From assembly GCA_963699255.1 (NCBI GenBank), contig OY969425.1:1260001-1292000 (forward strand): a DNA stretch of 32,000 nt, in the 5' to 3' direction. The translations under genes and the position numbers were made by a program. The notes under the pieces were generated by a model that was not told where the DNA came from, did not search any database, and worked only from the letters and a program-made list of their open reading frames with translations. This stretch comes from an uncultured bacterium. GTDB lineage: Bacteria; Margulisbacteria; WOR-1; CAVSGV01. Below are positions 29,863 to 32,000 of this stretch, in pieces. Position 1 is the stretch's first letter; every line of letters starts with the position of its first letter.

Positions 29863-30597
29863 ATGCAAACACTTGCCTGGATAATTGGAGCAACCATCAT
29901 CGACAGTTTGGTTGGGCTTGTGGGGGTATTCAGTCTCTTCACAAGCGAAGCGGTGCTACAGAAGATCATAAAAAAGATCGTGGCCTTCTCCGCAGGCGCT
30001 CTCCTGGGCGGAGGGTTTTTCCATCTTCTTGCGGAAGCGCTGGAGAAAATGACGCCCTTTCAAACTTTCACGATCACAATCATCGGCTTCCTGGTATTTT
30101 TCGTCCTTGAAGAGTATCTTCACTGGCATCAGTGCGAAGAATGGGATATTCACCCATACAGCTACCTGATGATCATCGGCGATTCGGCGCACAATATCCT
30201 TGACGGGCTGGTCATCGCCGGCACATTCATGGTGAGCGCTCCTCTTGGCATAATAACGACCGGACTTATAATAGCGCACGAGGTCCCGCAGGAGCTCGGG
30301 GTCTTTTGCGTGCTTGTTTCGGGAGGTTTCAACAAGTCACAGGCGATATATTACAGCTTTCTTGCGCAGTGCACCTGTGTCTTGGGAGGCGTTCTTGGAT
30401 TTTTCTTTATGAATAGGCTCACCGCTCTTTCTTCTCTTATCGTGCCTTTCGCCGCCGGCGGATTCATATACATCGCCGCGTCAGACCTGATCCCGGGAAT
30501 GCATAAGACGGAGGGCATTGAAAAGATTTCCTCTTTTGCCTGGCTCTGTGTCGGCATAATTCTGATGGTCGTTACAAAAATATATTTGAAGGTGTAG
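29863..30597 (+). CDS. ZIP-family divalent metal transporter (ZupT-like)
   Basis: HNILDGLVIAGTF and IAHEVPQELGVFCVL are the ZIP signature helices. Confidence 0.9.
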   Translation: MQTLAWIIGATIIDSLVGLVGVFSLFTSEAVLQKIIKKIVAFSAGALLGGGFFHLLAEALEKMTPFQTFTITIIGFLVFFVLEEYLHWHQCEEWDIHPYSYLMIIGDSAHNILDGLVIAGTFMVSAPLGIITTGLIIAHEVPQELGVFCVLVSGGFNKSQAIYYSFLAQCTCVLGGVLGFFFMNRLTALSSLIVPFAAGGFIYIAASDLIPGMHKTEGIEKISSFAWLCVGIILMVVTKIYLKV

Positions 30598-30679
30598 ATA
30601 CGAATTTGGAAGAAAGGAAAAAGGGGAATTTGGGATAGAACTTAACAATGAAATTTCTGGCCTCACCCAGCTTACATGA

Positions 30680-30706
30680 GAACCTGCGACTGAAAGTCGC
30701 GGTTCC
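30680..30706. repeat. Bulged hairpin H3 of the GGAACC...GGTTCC family
   Basis: H3 is GAACC-T-GCGACT-GAA-AGTCGC-GGTTC(C). It lies 76 nt beyond the tnpA stop, with the bulge on the plus-strand 5' side. Confidence 0.85.
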
Positions 30707-30781
30707 TGATATTGAATGTAGATGTAATTTCTCCCCAGTGATAATTGTATGGGCCCTGAGAGGAAAACTCTTCATTCCGGT

Positions 30782-31204
30782 TTAAATAAACCTCTTATCC
30801 AAGCCATTTATTGATTGTTGCTTGATATATCTTGAAATAGCCAAGATGTTATTTTGCTCGATTTCTTCAGCATAGTAAGACCTCCCCCAAAGTTTTCTAT
30901 ATTCATATCGATTTGTGTTGAAGCGTTCAAAGAATCGTTTCGAAGAAATCCCTTTTATTACTCTCATCACATAATCAATGCGATGGCTTCTTTCAAACTC
31001 TATCAACAGGTGGACATGATCTGATACAATATGACAACTAATAATACAAAATCCTTTAGATATCGATATTTCTTTGAAGGAATCATATAAGAATCTTACA
31101 GCAACTTTATCAATAAGCACCGGTTTGCTTTTATATGTTCTGAATACAAAATGATAAACAATCATTGTTTTGTTGGAACCGAGGCTTTTAGCCTCAGGTT
31201 CCAT
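30782..31204 (-). CDS. tnpA: IS200/IS605-family Y1 (HUH) transposase
   Basis: MEPEAKSLGSNKTMIVYHFVFRTYKSK resembles the IS200 N-terminus (..EKSLAHTRWNCKYHIVF.PKYR). The HUH motif is SDHVHLLI and the Tyr motif is LWGRSYYAEEI...YIKQQ. I prefer the ATG at 31204 (GAGGAA 9 nt upstream) to the track start at 31270. Confidence 0.85.
   Translation of the reverse strand: MEPEAKSLGSNKTMIVYHFVFRTYKSKPVLIDKVAVRFLYDSFKEISISKGFCIISCHIVSDHVHLLIEFERSHRIDYVMRVIKGISSKRFFERFNTNRYEYRKLWGRSYYAEEIEQNNILAISRYIKQQSINGLDKRFI
31175..31202. repeat. Bulged hairpin H4 of the GGAACC...GGTTCC family (inside the first codons of tnpA)
   Basis: H4 is GGAACC-GAGGC-TTTTA-GCCTC-A-GGTTCC. The bulge is on the opposite side from H3, so H4 is inverted relative to H3. 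Confidence 0.85.
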
Positions 31205-31282
31205 GGTCTTTTCCTCTTTTCCATTTTCCTGCATTCCCTGCTCCCCGGACTTGTTGCCTAACTTTCCCATATTTCCTCTTCC

Positions 31283-32000
31283 CTACTCCATAATGTGCGG
31301 CGTGATCAGGAATATGACGTCCGTCTTTGTTTTTTCGGTGACTTTGCTCTGGAACAATCCACCCAGCAATGGAATTTCCGAGAATACCGGTATCCTGGAT
31401 ATATTTTCCCTGTCAGATTCGTTCAGCAATCCGCCTATCACAAGGGTCTCTCCGTCGCGGATCCGTACAGTAACAGATGCGTTCCTTGTTGCGATAACGG
31501 GGAATTCCCCTGCTGATGTCGTCCGCCATTCGGAGATATTGCTTACCTCCGGCTTTATGGTCGATACTATCGTCCCGTCGCTTGCCACTGTCGGAAGGAT
31601 CTTTAAATTGACCCCGGCATCGATATATTGTATAGCCCACTGCGTGGAAGTGGATGTTGTTCCGGCCGGAACGGCATAAGGGATGCGGCTGCCGATATTT
31701 ATCTCGGCTTCTTTTCCGTCAAGCGCCGTGATCTTCGGGTTGGCAAGTATACTTGCCTTTCCCGACGCGACCAGCGCGTTTACGGCGCCAAGGATATTAT
31801 CCGATTGCGAGATCCCTCCCGTGCTCTTGTCTATGGAAAACTTGAAGCTCCCCTGCTCATTTCCCCAGATAATACCGATGTCAGATAGTCCGCTTTGAGA
31901 CACTTCAACTACTTTTCCCTCGATAAAGATCTGCGGTATTTTTTTATCAAGGGACACTATGATCTTTTGCGCTTCATTTATATCATCCCGCTCCCCGCGA
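31283..32000 (-). CDS. Secretin (GspD/PilQ family), C-terminal part; N-terminus lies right of the window
   Basis: QIFIEGKVVEV...LGSRIPY...VRIRDGETLVIGGL...IPVFSEIPLLGGLFQSKVTEKTKTDVIFLITPHI is the secretin C-domain. The frame is open upstream of the track start (a GTG at 31957) as far as base 32000. Confidence 0.85.
   Translation of the reverse strand, partial: RGERDDINEAQKIIVSLDKKIPQIFIEGKVVEVSQSGLSDIGIIWGNEQGSFKFSIDKSTGGISQSDNILGAVNALVASGKASILANPKITALDGKEAEINIGSRIPYAVPAGTTSTSTQWAIQYIDAGVNLKILPTVASDGTIVSTIKPEVSNISEWRTTSAGEFPVIATRNASVTVRIRDGETLVIGGLLNESDRENISRIPVFSEIPLLGGLFQSKVTEKTKTDVIFLITPHIME

Larger units (their letters stand above)
30675..31215 (-). mobile_element. IS200-type element (single tnpA plus subterminal hairpins); exact ends not determinable
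   Basis: A Y1/HUH transposase gene is bracketed by hairpins H3 and H4. It is inserted between the secretin stop (31283) and the ZIP transporter gene. It looks AT-rich relative to its neighbours by eye. No terminal inverted repeats are present, which is expected for IS200/IS605. Confidence 0.5.

Noticed and set aside
28842-29969. A 375-aa minus-strand ORF that is longer than the sense SufB/D-like gene. Similar long antisense ORFs occur at 28201-28944, 27705-28283, 25898-26662, 21606-22367, 21242-21700 and 20533-21138.
   Set aside because: The opposite strand encodes proteins with unmistakable family motifs in each case (SufBD C-terminus, SufC Walker motifs, ACR3, AroA, MutL). The antisense translations are low-complexity, rich in Arg, Ser and His, and have no recognisable motifs or SDs. 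They are shadow ORFs.

Overview
This 32-kb segment comes from a diderm bacterium: it has a secretin, lipoboxes and a PorV/FadL-like barrel. The lineage cannot be assigned from the sequence alone. Most of the window is housekeeping. It holds aroC; an rpsP-khpA-ylqD-trmD-SPOUT-rplS-lepB-rnhB cluster with no rimM; hup; yraN-comM; panC; topA; and an overlapping tyrA-aroA-mutL operon. It also holds a chagasin-type inhibitor, Nudix, DedA and flavodoxin-like genes. Further right lie an arsR-acr3-arsP-thioredoxin-like cluster, a two-gene minimal SUF pair (SufC/SufB-like), a ZIP transporter, an IS200-type tnpA and the 3' part of a secretin gene.

One stretch that looks AT-richer by eye (about 9.8-14.0 kb) is accessory. 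It carries a four-helix-bundle (23S-IVS/Avd-type) gene, two micro-ORFs, an ORF6N gene, a PMP-repeat beta-helix lipoprotein and an orphan T4-Dam-like adenine methyltransferase. The methyltransferase sits 10 nt behind a GspH-I-J-K-like minor pseudopilin operon.

The main observations are:
(i) Three of the four pseudopilins have 32-52 aa leaders built from repeat DNA. Two are paralogous purine-arm/pyrimidine-arm palindromes and one is a 24-nt tandem repeat.
(ii) A family of bulged GGAACC...GGTTCC hairpins brackets the IS200-type tnpA in inverted orientation. It recurs as a REPIN-like doublet between mutL and topA.
(iii) GATGNGA heptamer arrays recur in at least three intergenic regions.
(iv) Four genes (lepB, rnhB, tyrA, arsP) are broken by single-base indels in short homopolymers. 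This pattern is most simply explained as sequencing error.
(v) There are several near-consensus sigma70 promoters. Two of them predict leaderless aroC and tyrA mRNAs.

I recognised no rRNA, tRNA or CRISPR. I did not find a convincing complete novel multi-gene system. The pseudopilin/repeat/methylase locus is the best candidate for something undescribed.
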